A stretch of DNA of 63,946 bases, counting the filler, from Octopus bimaculoides (lineage: Eukaryota): NCBI RefSeq assembly GCF_001194135.2. It is 8 parts of 8 records of this genome, joined end to end, with 100 filler letters (N's around TTAATTAATTAA, not from the genome) between each part and the next. Parts side by side here need not be neighbours in the genome. Positions count along the whole stretch, not along the records: positions 15,341 to 33,863 come from NC_068994.1; positions 33,964 to 41,105 come from NC_069003.1; 6 more parts are not named here. One strand, given 5' to 3'. Shown here piece after piece: positions 26,194 to 40,675 of the stretch; position 1 is the first letter of the stretch, and each line of letters begins with the position of its first letter. The notes beneath the pieces are model-generated. The model was not told the DNA's origin, did no database searches, and was given only the letters and a program-made list of their open reading frames with translations. The translations under genes and the position numbers were made by a program.

Positions 26194-27023
26194 CACACAC
26201 ACACATATATATGTGATAATTCAATGAAATTATTTTGAGCTCTATTGTAGAATTGCTGAATACTCGGTCTTTTGTTTAGCATATAACAATTGCATATAAT
26301 TGATAACTGAAGAATAAATTCAGTTAAATCCTCTGAAGCTTCCTTAATTACAATTAGGATTCATAGTCTAATGAAAACAAACAATAAATAAAAAAAAAAA
26401 AACTATCTTTAAAAAAAAAATAATACAAAAAAAATATTGCGTCTTTCTTGTTGTTATATAAAGTGAAGAACATTGCATGTGAGAGGTGTCAACAGACCCG
26501 ATCGATCAATGTGAAATAATTATATTAAGAATAAAAATTAATTAGAAAAAAAAACCCGCAAAAAAATAATAATTATAACAGAAAATAAACAAGAAATGAA
26601 TTAAAAAAAGAAACGATGGTAAAAAAAAAAGCATAAAGTAAAAGAAAAACATATTTCCTGTAATTTTTCCATTTTTTTTTTTGTTCTGTTCTTCTATATT
26701 TATTAAAAAGTTGGTCTGACCCAAACATGTGATCAATCAGGTGACTAGTCATGTGACTGATGGCTAATCAGGTAATGTAATACTTCTGCACACCCCTTTT
26801 CCTCATCACATTCATCACAAACAAACCATCTACACCACAATTGCAATAACTGCTACCACCACCACCACCGCCGCTGCTACCATTCCTACTACTACTAATA
26901 CTACTACTGGTAGTCACAAATAAGAACGTAGTAATACATATATATATGTGTATTGCTAAATGTATTATATAATAACATATAGATGTGTGTGTGTGTAAAC
27001 AAATATATATAGATGTGTATGTG

Positions 27024-27111
<88 letters not shown>

Positions 27112-28017
27112 TACACACACACTCACACATATACACACATATATAAACACATGCATATGCAGAGAGAGACAGACAGACAGACAGAGAATATGAGAGAGTG
27201 AAGTCTATAGACAGAGAAAGGAAAAGAATGAGAGAGAGATTTAGAGGAAGTGAGAGAAACAGGTGCATGCTCGTGAGCGACAAAACGGTAGCCGGAAGAC
27301 AGAGATAGACGCACAGACAGACACCCAAAGAGATAGACACGGAGAGACTAACAGGGGAGATAATTGTATAGACAGAAAGAAAAATATGTGTCTTCTGCTA
27401 TAGCCATGTGAGCGGATTTAGCAGACGGAAACTGAAAGAAGCCCATCGTATATATGTATATATATGCATGTATTTGTGTGTTTGTGTTTGTCCTTCCACC
27501 ATCACTTGACAACCGCTGTCGGTGTGTCTATATCCCCATAACTTAGAGGTTCAGCAAAAACAGACCAATAGAGTAAGTACTAGGCTTAGAAAGAATAAGT
27601 CCTGGTGTTGATTTCTTCGACTGAAGGCAGTGCCCCAGCATGGTCGCAGTCTAATGACGTAAACAAATAAAAGATAACAGAACCACTGATGACAGTAACA
27701 GTATCAATGGTTGTGGATGGTATCAGTAAATAGTTATGCGACAGGCAACACAGGCGGTTGGGGTGAAGATTATCTGTACCGTTTATAATTTTAAGGTGAA
27801 CTTGTTTCAATCAGTGGACTGTGGCTATGCTGGGGAGTTGCCTTAAAGGGTTTTTAGGCTAACAAATCAACCCCAGGACTTAATTTTTCTTCTTTTTAAA
27901 GCCTGGGATTTACTCTGTCAGTTTCTTATATTTGAACTGCTAAGTTAAGGGGGATGTAAAGAAACCAGTAAGTGTTGTCAAGTGGTGGTGGTTGGAAAAA
28001 ACACACCACAAACAAAT

Positions 28018-28048
<31 letters not shown>

Positions 28049-28050
28049 TA

Positions 28051-28303
28051 TTGGGTTGGTGCATAATTATTGCGAAATTTTTTTCAACAAATTTTATTCA
28101 ACAACAAACAATAACAATATTTAACAAACACATCTTTAAATGACTATCTGGCTGTCTGCCAAGCAAATGGCAAGCAATAATTGAAGTAGATGGTGAATAT
28201 GCTCCGAAATAATCATTTAAGGATACTTTTGTTGCATGTTGCTATTGTTTTTGTTGAATAAAATTTGTTGAAAAAAAGCCGCAATAATTATGCACCCACC
28301 CAA
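28051..28303. mobile_element. Mariner MITE with TA target-site duplication
   Basis: TA-TTGGGTTGGTGCATAATTATTGCG ... CGCAATAATTATGCACCCACCCAA-TA, TIRs of about 70 bp. Internal remnant LPSKWQAIIEVDGEY resembles the mariner C-terminus. Confidence 0.88.
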
Positions 28304-28334
28304 TATATAGGTATATATATTTACAAATATATAC

Positions 28335-28470
28335 ACATGCTAGTCACTATACCTTTTTCTATTTTCTCTCCCTATTTATTTCTGTATTCCTTTCTGTCGA
28401 AGAGCATAAGCAGGAAACGTAAAAGACTTTCTCACTTCCCGAGCGTTAAACTAATACATTTGTTTGTTGT
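28335..28470 (+). mobile_element. Second copy of the 24340-24510 repeat
   Basis: gctagtcacta..cctttctgtcgaagagc..gaaacgtaaaagactttctcacttccc gagcgttaaactaatacat. Confidence 0.55.
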
Positions 28471-28696
28471 GGCATGTAAAAGTACCCATTGCAACCACAA
28501 TTGGAGTGGTTGGTGTTAGGAAGGGCATCCAGCCGTAGAAAACCATGCCAAATCAGACCGGAGTCTGGTGCAGCCCGCCAGCGTGTCAGGCTAGTCAAAC
28601 TGTCCAACCCATGCCAGCATGGACAATGGATGTTAATTGATGATGGTGATGATGATGATGATATATATTGTTATATTTGGGGATGATCATATTTGT

Positions 28697-28731
<35 letters not shown>

Positions 28732-28747
28732 CCACACATATACATAA

Positions 28748-28980
28748 GGGCGGCGAGCTGGCGGAAACGTTAGCACGCCGGGCGAAATGCTTAACGTATT
28801 TCTTCTGCCGCTACATTCTCAGTTCAAACTCCGCCGAGGTCGACTTTGCCTTTCATCCTTCTGGGGTCGATTAAATAAATACCAGTTACGCACTGGGGGG
28901 TCGATATAATCCACTTAATCCATTTGTCTGTCTTTGTTTGTCCCCTCTGTGTGCAGCCCCTTGTGGGTAGTAATGAAATA
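28748..28980 (+). mobile_element. SINE family B (tRNA head plus Meta-SINE-like central domain)
   Basis: GGCGGCGAGCTGGCGGAAACGTTAGC...AGTTCAAACTCCGCCGAGGTCGACTTTGCCTTTCATCCTTCTGGGGTCGATTAAATAAATACCAG. The central block resembles the Meta domain as I recall it. Further copies at 31955-33650, 34533-34990, 40490-40620 (-) and 47710-47862. Confidence 0.8.
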
Positions 28981-29469
28981 ACACACATATAGACACAAAC
29001 ACATCAATCTTCTATCAGTTTCTGCCGACCAAATCCAATTACAGGGCTATGGTTGGCCCAAAGTTGTAGTGGAAGATGCTTGCCTAAGATGCAAAGCAGT
29101 GTGATGGGACTGAACCCAGAAACACGTAGTTCGGAAGCAAACTTCTTACCACACAGCCACATCTGGGTCTATGTTTTTTTTTACATTTTTATTTCACTTG
29201 AATGAAATGGTTACCATCCTCCCCACCACCGCCATCACAGGTCTTGGGGTCCTACTAAACATGGGTAAGGTGGAATGGTAAGGGCTTAGACTACCTTTAA
29301 CCATAGTTTACTTAGGGATTGAGCTGGGATCAAAAAAGCAATAACAACAGCCATTACAACAACCACTACAATGAAATCCCAATATTACTTGAACTGCTAT
29401 AAACAGCAGCCATACACCCTTCAAAATCTCTTTTTATCGTCTTTAAAAAATAAGGGAGCTGTTGTAGTG

Positions 29470-30075
29470 GTGGTGTTTGTGGTGGCGATGATGATGATGG
29501 GGGATAGTGATGTAGTAATGTTGAGAGTAATGATGATGACAATGATGGTGATGATGCTGATAATGATGATGGTGGTAATGCTGAAGACACATGATGATGA
29601 TGATGATGATGATGATAACGAAGATGATGATGTTTATAGTAATGATTGTAGAAGATGATTAAGGCTGAAAGACAAATGGATTAAAGTTGATGGTGATGGT
29701 AGTGATGGACTAATGATGGTGACAGTAAAGGAAGGAAAAAAGACAAGAAACAGAGAGAGAGACAGAATGAGAGAGAGTGACAGAGAGACAGAGAGAGCAA
29801 GAGAGAGGGGAGAGAGAGAGAGAAAAAAAATTGGTGCATGATGACAGAAAATATTGTCATGTATGCTGAATGCAAAATTGAGAACATGCATGCTGTAAAC
29901 AATGGAGATGATGATGATGACAAGGATGATGATGACGAGGATGATGATGATGATGATGATGATGACGATGATGATGTTGATGATGATGATGGTGGTAGCG
30001 GAATTAGGTAGGTTTGTAGGCAAGTCGGAAGAAGAGCCAGGGATGAAGAGAAGTCCTGTGTATACATATGTATGG

Positions 30076-30142
<67 letters not shown>

Positions 30143-30783
30143 AAAGGGGAAACGAAATAAAGAAAGGGAGATGGAGAAATGGAGGAAGAGAAAGAGAAAT
30201 GAGAGAAAAAGAGTAAGAGAAATGGAGGAAGAGAAAAATGGAGGGAGAAAAGGAGAGAGAGAAAGAAAGAAAAAAGATGGCAAGAAAGGGTGAGTGAAAG
30301 AGAAAGAAAGAATGAGTGAAAAAGGGGTCAAGAGAGAGTAGGGTGCAATGAGTAAGGAGAAGGAAATGAGACACATACAGGAAAAAAGACAGAGAGGGAG
30401 AGAAAGAGAGAGAGAGGGATAGAGAGGGAGAGAGGGAGAAAGAGTCAGAGAGACAGACAGAGAGAGAAAGTGAGGGAGGGGGCTGGAGCAATAATGAATG
30501 TAATGGAGGAAGAAGTGAGGGCGGGGGGAGGGGCAGGTGTAGTTAATGTACAATCGATCAATTTACACACGGCAGATGATGCAAGCATTGAGAACAGTGG
30601 CAACTGCAGCAGCAGCAACCAATGATGATAACGAAGCATCATCATCATCATCATCAACAACAATACCCCCCCCCTTTTTTTCACAATACCATAAACACCA
30701 CTGTCATCACCACCACCACCATCACAACATCAGTATCATTACTACTACTACTACTGCTGCTAGTACTACTACTACTACTGCTG

Positions 30784-30821
<38 letters not shown>

Positions 30822-30960
30822 GCTACCATCACCATTGTATCTCCACAGGTAATGCCACCATTGCTAGCAATTTTACTTCTGCTGCTGCTGCCACAACCGT
30901 CACCACTACCACCACCACCTCCATTATAATCACTACTAATACTACTACTACTACTACCTT
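29470..30960. repeat. Compound low-complexity block: (GAT)n, (GA)n, (GT)n, (CTA)n, (CAC)n
   Basis: Directly visible. Similar microsatellites occur throughout the window, e.g. 25720-26200, 27010-27130, 37070-37190, 40380-41100, 46300-46416, 60180-60410 and 62200-62280. Confidence 0.95.
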
Positions 30961-31019
30961 CTGAATACTAGCATTGACACCTTCATTGTTAAAGGCAAGA
31001 ACCACAATACTACCTCTAC

Positions 31020-31950
31020 CAATTATCTCCCCTGCTTATAAAACCATAACTGTATATTACCACGACTAACTCCACTATAATCATGATATATTACCATAGT
31101 TAGGTTTAATATTACTATAGATAGCTGTGCAATTACCACAGCGGTTGCCGTTATTAATAGAGCTAGCCCTACTAGCTTTGATAATAATTCCACAGCTAGC
31201 TCCATTATTATGATCGGTTACCATAGTTAGCTTCAATATTACCATAGCTAATTTGCCCATTACCACTGTTAGCCTTTCTATTCCCATAGCTCACCCATCT
31301 GTTACCACAGGCAGCCTCATTATTACCTCAGCTAACTTGCCTATTACCATGACAAGCCTTACTATTACCATAACTCACTCATCTATTACCACAGGTAATC
31401 GCCCTATTACCACAGCTAACTTGCCTGTTACCATAACTAGCCTTACTATTACTGTAGCTCTGTTACCATAAATGGACTCAATATTACCACAGCTAACTTA
31501 TCTATTACTACAGCCAGTTTTACTGTTACCATAACTCACCCATCTGTTACCAAAGCTAGGTGTGCAATTACAATAGCTTACTTACCTATTACCATGGTTA
31601 GTCTTATTGAAACCCAAGCTCACCCTTTGTTACCACAACTGGGGTCACAATTACCATAGTTAACTTGAGCAATACCACAATTAGCCTCACCATTACCACA
31701 GCTAGCATTGCTCACTCATCTGTTACCACAGCAAGCCTTACTATTACCATAGCTAACTTACGCATTATCACAGCTAGCATCACTATTACCACAGCTAAAT
31801 TGCCAATTACCACAAATAGCCTTGCTGTTACCATAGTAGCACAATTACCATAGCAATCTTGATTATTAACACAGGTGGCTCCACCATTTCCTCAACCTAT
31901 TACCACATCTAGCCCCAATTTTACAACAGCTGACTCAAATATTACCATAG
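31020..31950. repeat. Degenerate 21-bp minisatellite
   Basis: Consecutive units attaccacaggtaatcgccct / attaccacagctaacttgcct / gttaccataactagccttact (31385-31447); roughly 40 units. Confidence 0.8.
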
Positions 31951-31954
31951 CTCT

Positions 31955-33650
31955 TAAGGTGGTGAACTGGCACAATCGTTAGTGCAGTGAGCAAAATGTT
32001 TAACAGAATTTCATTCATCTTTACATTCTAAGCTCAAATTCCACCAAGGTTGACTTTACTTTTTATCCTTTTGGGGTCAATAAGATAAGTACCATTTGAG
32101 CACACTGGGGTTGATGTAATTGATGTACCCCCTCCCCTGAAATTGTTGGCTTTGTGCCAAAATTTGAAACTAATATTACCAAATAGCTTGCTTCTCAATA
32201 CCACGGTTCCGAGTTCAGTCCCACTGCATGAAACCTTAGGCAAGTGCTTTCTACTATAGCCTCTGGCTGACTAAAGCCTTGTGAGTGGATTTGGTAGACG
32301 GAAACTGAAAGAAAGGTATGTATTTGTGTGTCTGTGTTTGTCTCCCCACCATCGCTTGACAACCAATGCTGGTGTGTTTACGTTGCCATAACTTAGTGGT
32401 TCGGCAAAAGAGACCAATAGAATAAGTACCAGGCTTACAAAGAATAAGTCCTGGGATCGATTTCTTTGACTAAAAGCGGTGCTCCAGCATGGCCGCAGTC
32501 AAATGACTGAAACAAATACAAGAGTAAAAGAATAAGTCAAGGTAGGAGACTGGCAGAATCGTTAGCATGCCAGGAAGAATGCTTGATGGTATTGCATCTG
32601 TCTTTACATTCTGAGTTGAAGTTCTGCCAAGGTCTACTTTCGATTTCATCCTTTTGGCAGGGGTCGATTAAATAAATATCAGTTGAGAACTGGGGGTTGA
32701 TTTATTTGACTTGCCCCCTCTTGTGAACTTGCTGGTCATGAGCCAAAGTTTAAAAACCAATATTACCTCAAGTCTTAAAGCAACAGGCTGGTAGAATCAT
32801 TGGTGCATGCCGGGCATGCTTAGTACCATTTCATCTGTCTTTGTGTTCTGAGCTCAAATCTCAAATTCTATTAAGATCAACTCTGCCTTTCATCGTTTTG
32901 CAGGGTCAATAAAATAAGTACCAGTTTGAGCACACAGGGGTTGATGTAATTGACTTACCCGACTCCCCTGTTCTTGCTGGCCTTGTGGTAAAATTTGAAG
33001 CTGATATTGCTACAGCTCTTAAGGCAATGAGCTGGCAGATTCATTAGCATGCTGGGTGAAATTCTTAGCAGTATTTCGTCTGCCGCTATGTTCTGAGTTC
33101 AAATTCCGCCAAGGTCAACTTTGCATTTCATCCTTTCGGGGTGGATAACTTAAGTACCAGTTGCATACTGGAGTCGATCTAATCGACTTAATCCCTTTGT
33201 CTGTCCTTGTTTCTCCCCTCTATGTTTAACCCCTTACGGGCAATAAAGAAATAAGAAACGTTAGCATGCCAGGTGAAACGCTTAGCGATATTTCGTCTGC
33301 CGTTACATTCTGAGTTCAAATTCCGCCGAGGTCGACTTTGCCTTTCATCCTTTCGGGGTCGATAAATTAAGTATCAGTTACGCACTGCGGTCGATGTAAT
33401 CGACTTAATCCCTTTGTCTGTCCTTGTTTGTCCCTTCTATGTTTAGCCCCTTGTGAGCAATAAAGAAATAAGAATCCTTAGTATGTGCAGGGCAAAATGC
33501 TTAGCAGCATTGCATCTGTCTTATACATTTTGACCACCAAGGTCATCTCTGCCTTTCATCGTTTTGGTGGGTTGATAAAATAAGTACCAGTAATCGACTT
33601 ACCTACCCCACCTGATCTTCCTAGCATTGTGGCAAAATTTGAGACTGATA
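31955..33650 (+). mobile_element. Cluster of about six SINE B copies plus one SINE A, all on the + strand
   Basis: The GCCTTTCATCCTTT.GGGGTCGATAA block recurs at about 32055, 32640, 32885, 33125, 33340 and 33550. Confidence 0.85.
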
Positions 33651-34029
33651 TTAAACCACAGCTCATCCATCTGTAAGCACAGCTAGTTTCATTTACCTCC
33701 ACATCTAGCTACCGTATTATCACAACATATTACCACAGACAGCATCCGCCCCAGTGCCATCTCCACATCAATAACATAAACACCCACTTCATTATACGAA
33801 TAGCGCTAACTCTCCAACACCCCCACTACCACCACCACCACCACCACCACCACCACCACCACCNNNNNNNNNNNNNNNNNNNNNNNNNNNNNNNNNNNNN
33901 NNNNNNNTTAATTAATTAANNNNNNNNNNNNNNNNNNNNNNNNNNNNNNNNNNNNNNNNNNNNCACACACACACACACACACAGAGGTTATGATGAAATG
34001 TATGTCAACTGGATGAGTTATAGAGTGTT

Positions 34030-34070
<41 letters not shown>

Positions 34071-34104
34071 ATGCCTGTGCGCGCTTGCGTGAACGTCTGT
34101 GTAT

Positions 34105-34141
<37 letters not shown>

Positions 34142-34990
34142 CGCGCGTATGCACATGTGTATTTTCTCATCCTACCTTTTCAATAACCACCACCATCACC
34201 ACCACTACCACTACTAACACTAGCTCTATCAGCACCACAACCACTTTCACTACTCCCACTACAACCACCCCTAACTCCATCAGCCTCACCACCACCACCA
34301 ATAACGACGCCCCCATTCCAGCCACCACCACCTCGACCACCACCACCNNNNNNNNNNAAATATCCCCACCCCACCCAGTACCATCGCCACCACCACCACT
34401 CGTGGTATTACTGACGCCACCATCACCACCAGGACTCTCCCGATCGTCTCTCGAATCAAACTCATTTATGTGTGGGCTAAGACTATGTTGCTACATAGCT
34501 TTCACATATCTATTTCTATACATCTGTTCATAGGCCGGCGAGCTGGCAGAATCGTTAGCACTCCGGGCGAAAAGCTTCCCGGTATTTCGTCTGCCGTTAC
34601 GCTCTGAGTTCAAATTCCACCGAGGTCGACTTTGCCTTTCATCCATTCGGGGGCCGATAAAATAGGTACCAGTTACGCACTGGGGTGAGTGTAATCGATT
34701 TAATCCCTTTGTCCTTGTTTGCCCCCTCCATGTTTAGCCCCATGTAGGCAATACAGAAATAAATATATATGTCTTTCAAAGCAGCGAGCTGGCAGAATCG
34801 TTATCACACTGGGCAAAACGCTTAGCGGCATTTCACCCGTCACTACTTTCTGGGTTCAAATTCCGCCGAGGTCAACCTTGCCTTTCATCCTTTCGGGGTC
34901 GATAAAATAAGTACCAGTTGAATACTGAGTCGATTTAATCGACTAGTACCCTCCCCCAAAATTTCAGGCCGTGTACTTATAGTAGAAATG

Positions 34991-35031
<41 letters not shown>

Positions 35032-35040
35032 TATATGTAT

Positions 35041-35104
<64 letters not shown>

Positions 35105-35351
35105 CTGATCTATCTATCTATCTGCATATATTTTTGTTTGAGTGTCTCCTAACCATTGCTTGGCAACCGATGTTAGTGTGTTTAGATCCTCGTAACGTAG
35201 TAATTCGACAAAAGACACAGATAGAATAAGTACTAGGCTTACAAAGAATAAGTCTTGGGGTCGATTTGTTCGACGAAAATGCGGTGCTCAAGCATGGCCG
35301 CAGTCAAATGACTGAAACAAGTAAAAGAATAAAAGAATATATGTACTACAT

Positions 35352-35390
<39 letters not shown>

Positions 35391-35409
35391 TACATATATT
35401 TTAATTTCC

Positions 35410-36181
35410 CGCATGCACATTGTTTGATTTTGATTTTGTTGATTACACAATATAGTTGGGTCAGCTGGGCACTGTCTGTGAGAAAAACAGCACCATGACG
35501 CAATCCAATCAGCTAGAAATTTGGAAACAGCATGCTGTACTGCTTGGCATTCGCGCCGGAAGCTCCAATACGAACATTTCAGATTGTTTGGATGTCAATC
35601 TGAGGACATGTTCCGAGAGTGATAAAAATCAAACATCCAGTCAACATCATGGGGTTTGGGGTGATCACTAGTAATAGACATTATGTCTCCATTCATCTTT
35701 TCACACGGCCTCAGACTCAACACAGAGGCCTACATCAAGTGCCTGGATGAGGTAGTGCTTCCCTGGAACACCTATGTCCGGAAACAGGACTTTGTACCAT
35801 GCCACACAAGCAGGAATACCCAGTCATAGCTGTCAGACAATTTCTGCGACAACTCTAACATCTGGCCACCTAACTCCCCAGACAACAACTCCCTTCATTA
35901 TTATATGTGGAACGCAGTTGAGAGAGAGACCAACAAAACTCCTTGTAGCACCAAAGCATTCACTAACATAAACAAGGAGACCGTCCAGAAGAATTGCAGG
36001 AGATTCCGAAGTCGTCTGGTGGCCGTAGTTGAAGCCAATGGCGATTTTATTGAATAAATTTACTCTTTAGTATTTCAAGATATTTTTATGTAATTTTGGA
36101 AATATAGCTGTTAAAATGAGATGTCAGTGTTATTTTCATTTTTGCATAATTTAGACGACAGTTTATTCACCGCACCCTGTA
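35410..36181 (+). mobile_element. Internally deleted Tc1/mariner element, same family as 12680-13060
   Basis: Includes N-terminal, central and WPPNSP-type C-terminal remnants; right end ...ttattcaccgcaccctg-TA. Confidence 0.8.
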
Positions 36182-36497
36182 TACATACATACATACATGC
36201 ATGCATGCATCCATCCATCCATCCATACATACATACTTACATACATACATACATACATACATACCCCCCCCCCACATATATATATGGGTTATATGTATAT
36301 GTATAAATAATTATAATATATAAGCATATTTTATAAATTATGTATTTATTATGAATGTATATATATATGTATGTATGTATGTATGCATGTCTGTCATTAT
36401 TCAGATTTATTTCAAGATGTCTTGCCAATAGTGAAAGAATCGGTTTCTAACCTAGATCCAAGGCTCCTTCATTGGAATTTCAACATCAACAACAGGC

Positions 36498-36532
<35 letters not shown>

Positions 36533-36864
36533 TTTCGAAAGAACGTAAAATAATTCTTTTCAGGAAGAGACGTTCTTGAAGTCCAGGAAAGGTACAAACA
36601 ACACTATGTATATATTGGGTTTAAAAATAATTGTTGGATACACACTCACACATATACACACATTTAAAACCGTCCATATTTACTAATCTTTCTCTATTTC
36701 TTTCTCTTACTCTCCCTCCCTCCCCCTCTCTCTCTTTCTCTCTCTGTCCNNNNNNNNNNNNNNNNNNNNNNNNNNNNNNNNNNNNNNNNNNNNNNNNNNN
36801 NNNNNNNNNNNNNNNNNNNNNNNNNNNNNNNNNNNNNNNNNNNNNNNNNNNNNNNNNNNNNNNN

Positions 36865-36931
<67 letters not shown>

Positions 36932-37113
36932 ACACATGCACACAGACACGAATACACACATGCATGCATGTGTGTTTTGCACAAGCTAGTTCCTGTACAG
37001 ATTTGTAATAATTGCTGTTTGGTAAAGAACACAAACTTAAGGAGGAGAATAATGGTTGACCAGGAAAATATATAATAATAACAATAACAATAATAATAAT
37101 AATGATAATGATA

Positions 37114-37160
<47 letters not shown>

Positions 37161-38072
37161 AAGGATGATGATGATGATAATGATGATGCAAAGAAGAGAA
37201 ATACTTCTTTGAACATTAATAGTATTTGCAGGTGTAAAAATAACGTAATGGCTTCTCCTACGCTCTATATTTCTGGTTGAAGAGATGCCATGATCACGTG
37301 ATAAATGTGACTGTTGCAATTGGCTGAAATTAACCTTAATAAATGACTTGTATCTGTATTTGTTTATACAAAATATTAGCTCTGTTTGTCTACATTAACA
37401 ATATATTAACCGAGCCGAAGATTTCAGTACGTGAAAATATAGGCTTGATGTATTTAACATATATAAATATTCTTAAAACGCCGTTGGTGTTATTATTGTT
37501 ATTGGTGGTTGTGGTGGTGGTGGTGGTGATGCAAGTGTTTTAACACCAGGCCAGCCCTCAGTGAGCAGGCTCATAATGCAAATCATTTAAGTCGTTACCA
37601 TCAACGGCGCCTTAATATTTTAAAATATTATTAGGCATAATATATGCAGAACTATATTATACATTATACAATGTGGTCATTTGTTCCATACAGTGGCAGT
37701 ATGATATGTATGTATGCATTGTCATTACGCATTTTTCCTCTATTGGAGCAAATGAAGGATAAAAGAAAAATATTATTTTTAACTTGTTTCTTATATATTA
37801 CTGTGTAAAAACCAGTTTGACTGGAGCCCATCCACGGATTTACAATATAGAATTGTGATAGAATTGTGATGAACCATAACCTTGGGCCCTACTAAAAGAT
37901 TACTTGGAGATCGTCGCTAATCTGCGTGTTAAGAAGATTGCCTCCCAATCACATGATTCCGGGTTCAGTCCTCACCGCGTGGCATCTTGGGCAAGTGTCT
38001 TCTACTATAGCTTCGGGCTGAACAAAGCCTTCTGAGTGGATTTGATAGACGGAAACTGGAAGAAGACCATCG

Positions 38073-38164
<92 letters not shown>

Positions 38165-39596
38165 GGTAGTAGTCTTGCTGTTTGTGGTGTTAGCGTTCAT
38201 GGTGGTTGTGTCGTGTAGCTAGGAGGAGTAAGCGCTGTGGATTAGGGANNNNNNNNNNNNNNNNNNNNNNNNNNNNNNNNNNNNNNNNNNNNNNNNNNNN
38301 NNNNNNNNNNNNNNNNNNNNNNNNNNNNNNNNNNNNNNNNNNNNNNNNNNNNNNNNNNNNNNNNNNNNNNNNNNNNNNNNNNNNNNNNNNNNNNNNNNNN
38401 NNNNNNNNNNNNNNNNNNNNNNNNNNNNNNNNNNNNNNNNNNNNNNNNNNNNNNNNNNNNNNNNNNNNNNNNNNNNNNNNNNNNNNNNNNNNNNNNNNNN
38501 NNNNNNNNNNNNNNNNNNNNNNNNNNNNNNNNNNNNNNNNNNNNNNNNNNNNNNNNNNNNNNNNNNNNNNNNNNNNNNNNNNNNNNNNNNNNNNNNNNNN
38601 NNNNNNNNNNNNNNNNNNNNNNNNNNNNNNNNNNNNNNNNNNNNNNNNNNNNNNNNNNNNNNNNNNNNNNNNNNNNNNNNNNNNNNNNNNNNNNNNNNNN
38701 GATGACCGAAACAAGAGAATAAAAAAATAAAAGAATATATATATATATATATATGTCTGTCTGTCTGTGTGTGTGTGGCGCAGGCATGACTGTATGATAA
38801 GAAGCTTCTCAACCATACGGTTCCGGGTTCAGTCCCACTACGTGGAACCTTGAATGCCTCGGGCCGACTAAAGCCTTGTGAGTGGATTTTGTAGAAATTA
38901 AAAGAAGTCTGACGTGTGTGTGTGTGTGTGTGTTTGTCACCAGCGACTGACAACCGGTGTTGATGTGTTTACGTCTCCATAACCGTTAGAGCAAGTACCA
39001 GGTTCTAAAACATACGTCCTGGGGTCGACTTGTTTGACTAGAAAACCCTTCATGGCCGCAGTCAAATGATTGAAACAAGAGAAAGATAAAACACTTCCAC
39101 CTGGGCGCCATTGATTACACACAACACGCCTGGACGATGCTCAGTTTCCATTGTAAAGAGAATTTATGAACACGCTGTATATGAAAGCATATCTATTAAG
39201 ATTACACACACACACGTCATGTGTGTGTGAGAGGGTCACCCTAACCGTAAAAGTTCTGTCGTTAGTCTGGAACTTATTTAATAAATTTTTCATACACACA
39301 CACACACACACAACGACATAATGTCGTGTTGCTATAAGGTTAGGTTGGGTCCGTCGAGATATGTATCTTTTATCTTTCACTTATTTTAGTCATTTAACAG
39401 CGGCCATGCTGGGGCACGGCCCTGAAGGGTTTTACCCGAACAAATTAACCCTGAGACGTAAAATTTTAAGCTTGGTACTTATTCTATCGGTCTCCTATGC
39501 TGAACCGCTACGTTATTGGGACGTAAACACACCAACATCGGTTGTCAAGCGATGGTCGGGGACTGGTGGACAAACAAACGCAAAGACACGCATACG

Positions 39597-39650
<54 letters not shown>

Positions 39651-40397
39651 CGATGGTCTTCTTCCAGTTTCCATCTATCAAATCCACTCAGAAGGCTTTG
39701 TTCAGCCCGAAGCTATAGTAGGAGACACTTGCCCAAGATGCCANNNNNNNNNNNNNNNNNNNNNNNNNNNNNNNNNNNNNNNNNNNNNNNNNNNNNNNNN
39801 NNNNNNNNNNNNNNNNNNNNNNNNNNNNNNNNNNNNNNNNNNNNNNNNNNNNNNNNNNNNNNNNNNNNNNNNNNNNNNNNNNNNNNNNNNNNNNNNNNNN
39901 NNNNNNNNNNNNNNNNNNNNNNNNNNNNNNNNNNNNNNNNNNNNNNNNNNNNNNNNNNNNNNNNNNNNNNNNNNNNNNNNNNNNNNNNNNNNNNNNNNNN
40001 NNNNNNNNNNNNNNNNNNNNNNNNNNNNNNNNNNNNNNNNNNNNNNNNNNNNNNNNNNNNNNNNNNNNNNNNNNNNNNNNNNNNNNNNNNNNNNNNNNNN
40101 NNNNNNNNNNNNNNNNNNNNNNNNNNNNNNNNNNNNNNNNNNNNNNNNNNNNNNNNNNNNNNNNNNNNNNNNNNNNNNNNNNNNNNNNNNNNNNNNNNNN
40201 NNNNNNNNNNNNNNNNNNNNNNNNNNNNNNNNNNNNNNNNNNNNNNNNNNNNNNNNNNNNNNNNNNNNNNNNNNNNNNNNNNNNNNNNNNNNNNNNNNNN
40301 NNNNNNNNNNNNNNNNNNNNNNNNNNNNNNNNNNNNNNNNNNNNNNNNNNNNNNNNNNNNNNNNNNNNNNNNNNNNNNCTTAATAACAACAACAACA

Positions 40398-40480
<83 letters not shown>

Positions 40481-40618
40481 AATAATAATCCTTTATATTA
40501 TAGGCACAAGGCCTAAAATTTGCAGGAAAGGATGTAAGTCGATTACATCGATCCCAGTGCATAACTGGTACTTATTTAATCAACCCCGAAAGGATGAAAG
40601 GTAAAGTCGACCACGGCG

Positions 40619-40675
<57 letters not shown>

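Noticed and set aside
31020-33650. CRISPR-like regular repeats
   Set aside because: Eukaryotic context; the repeats are a spacer-less minisatellite and SINE copies, with no cas genes.
36564-36591. Possible 28-nt microexon (ttcttttcag|...AAAG|gtacaa)
   Set aside because: Weak donor, no recognisable peptide, and not needed for the phase of the other candidate exons.
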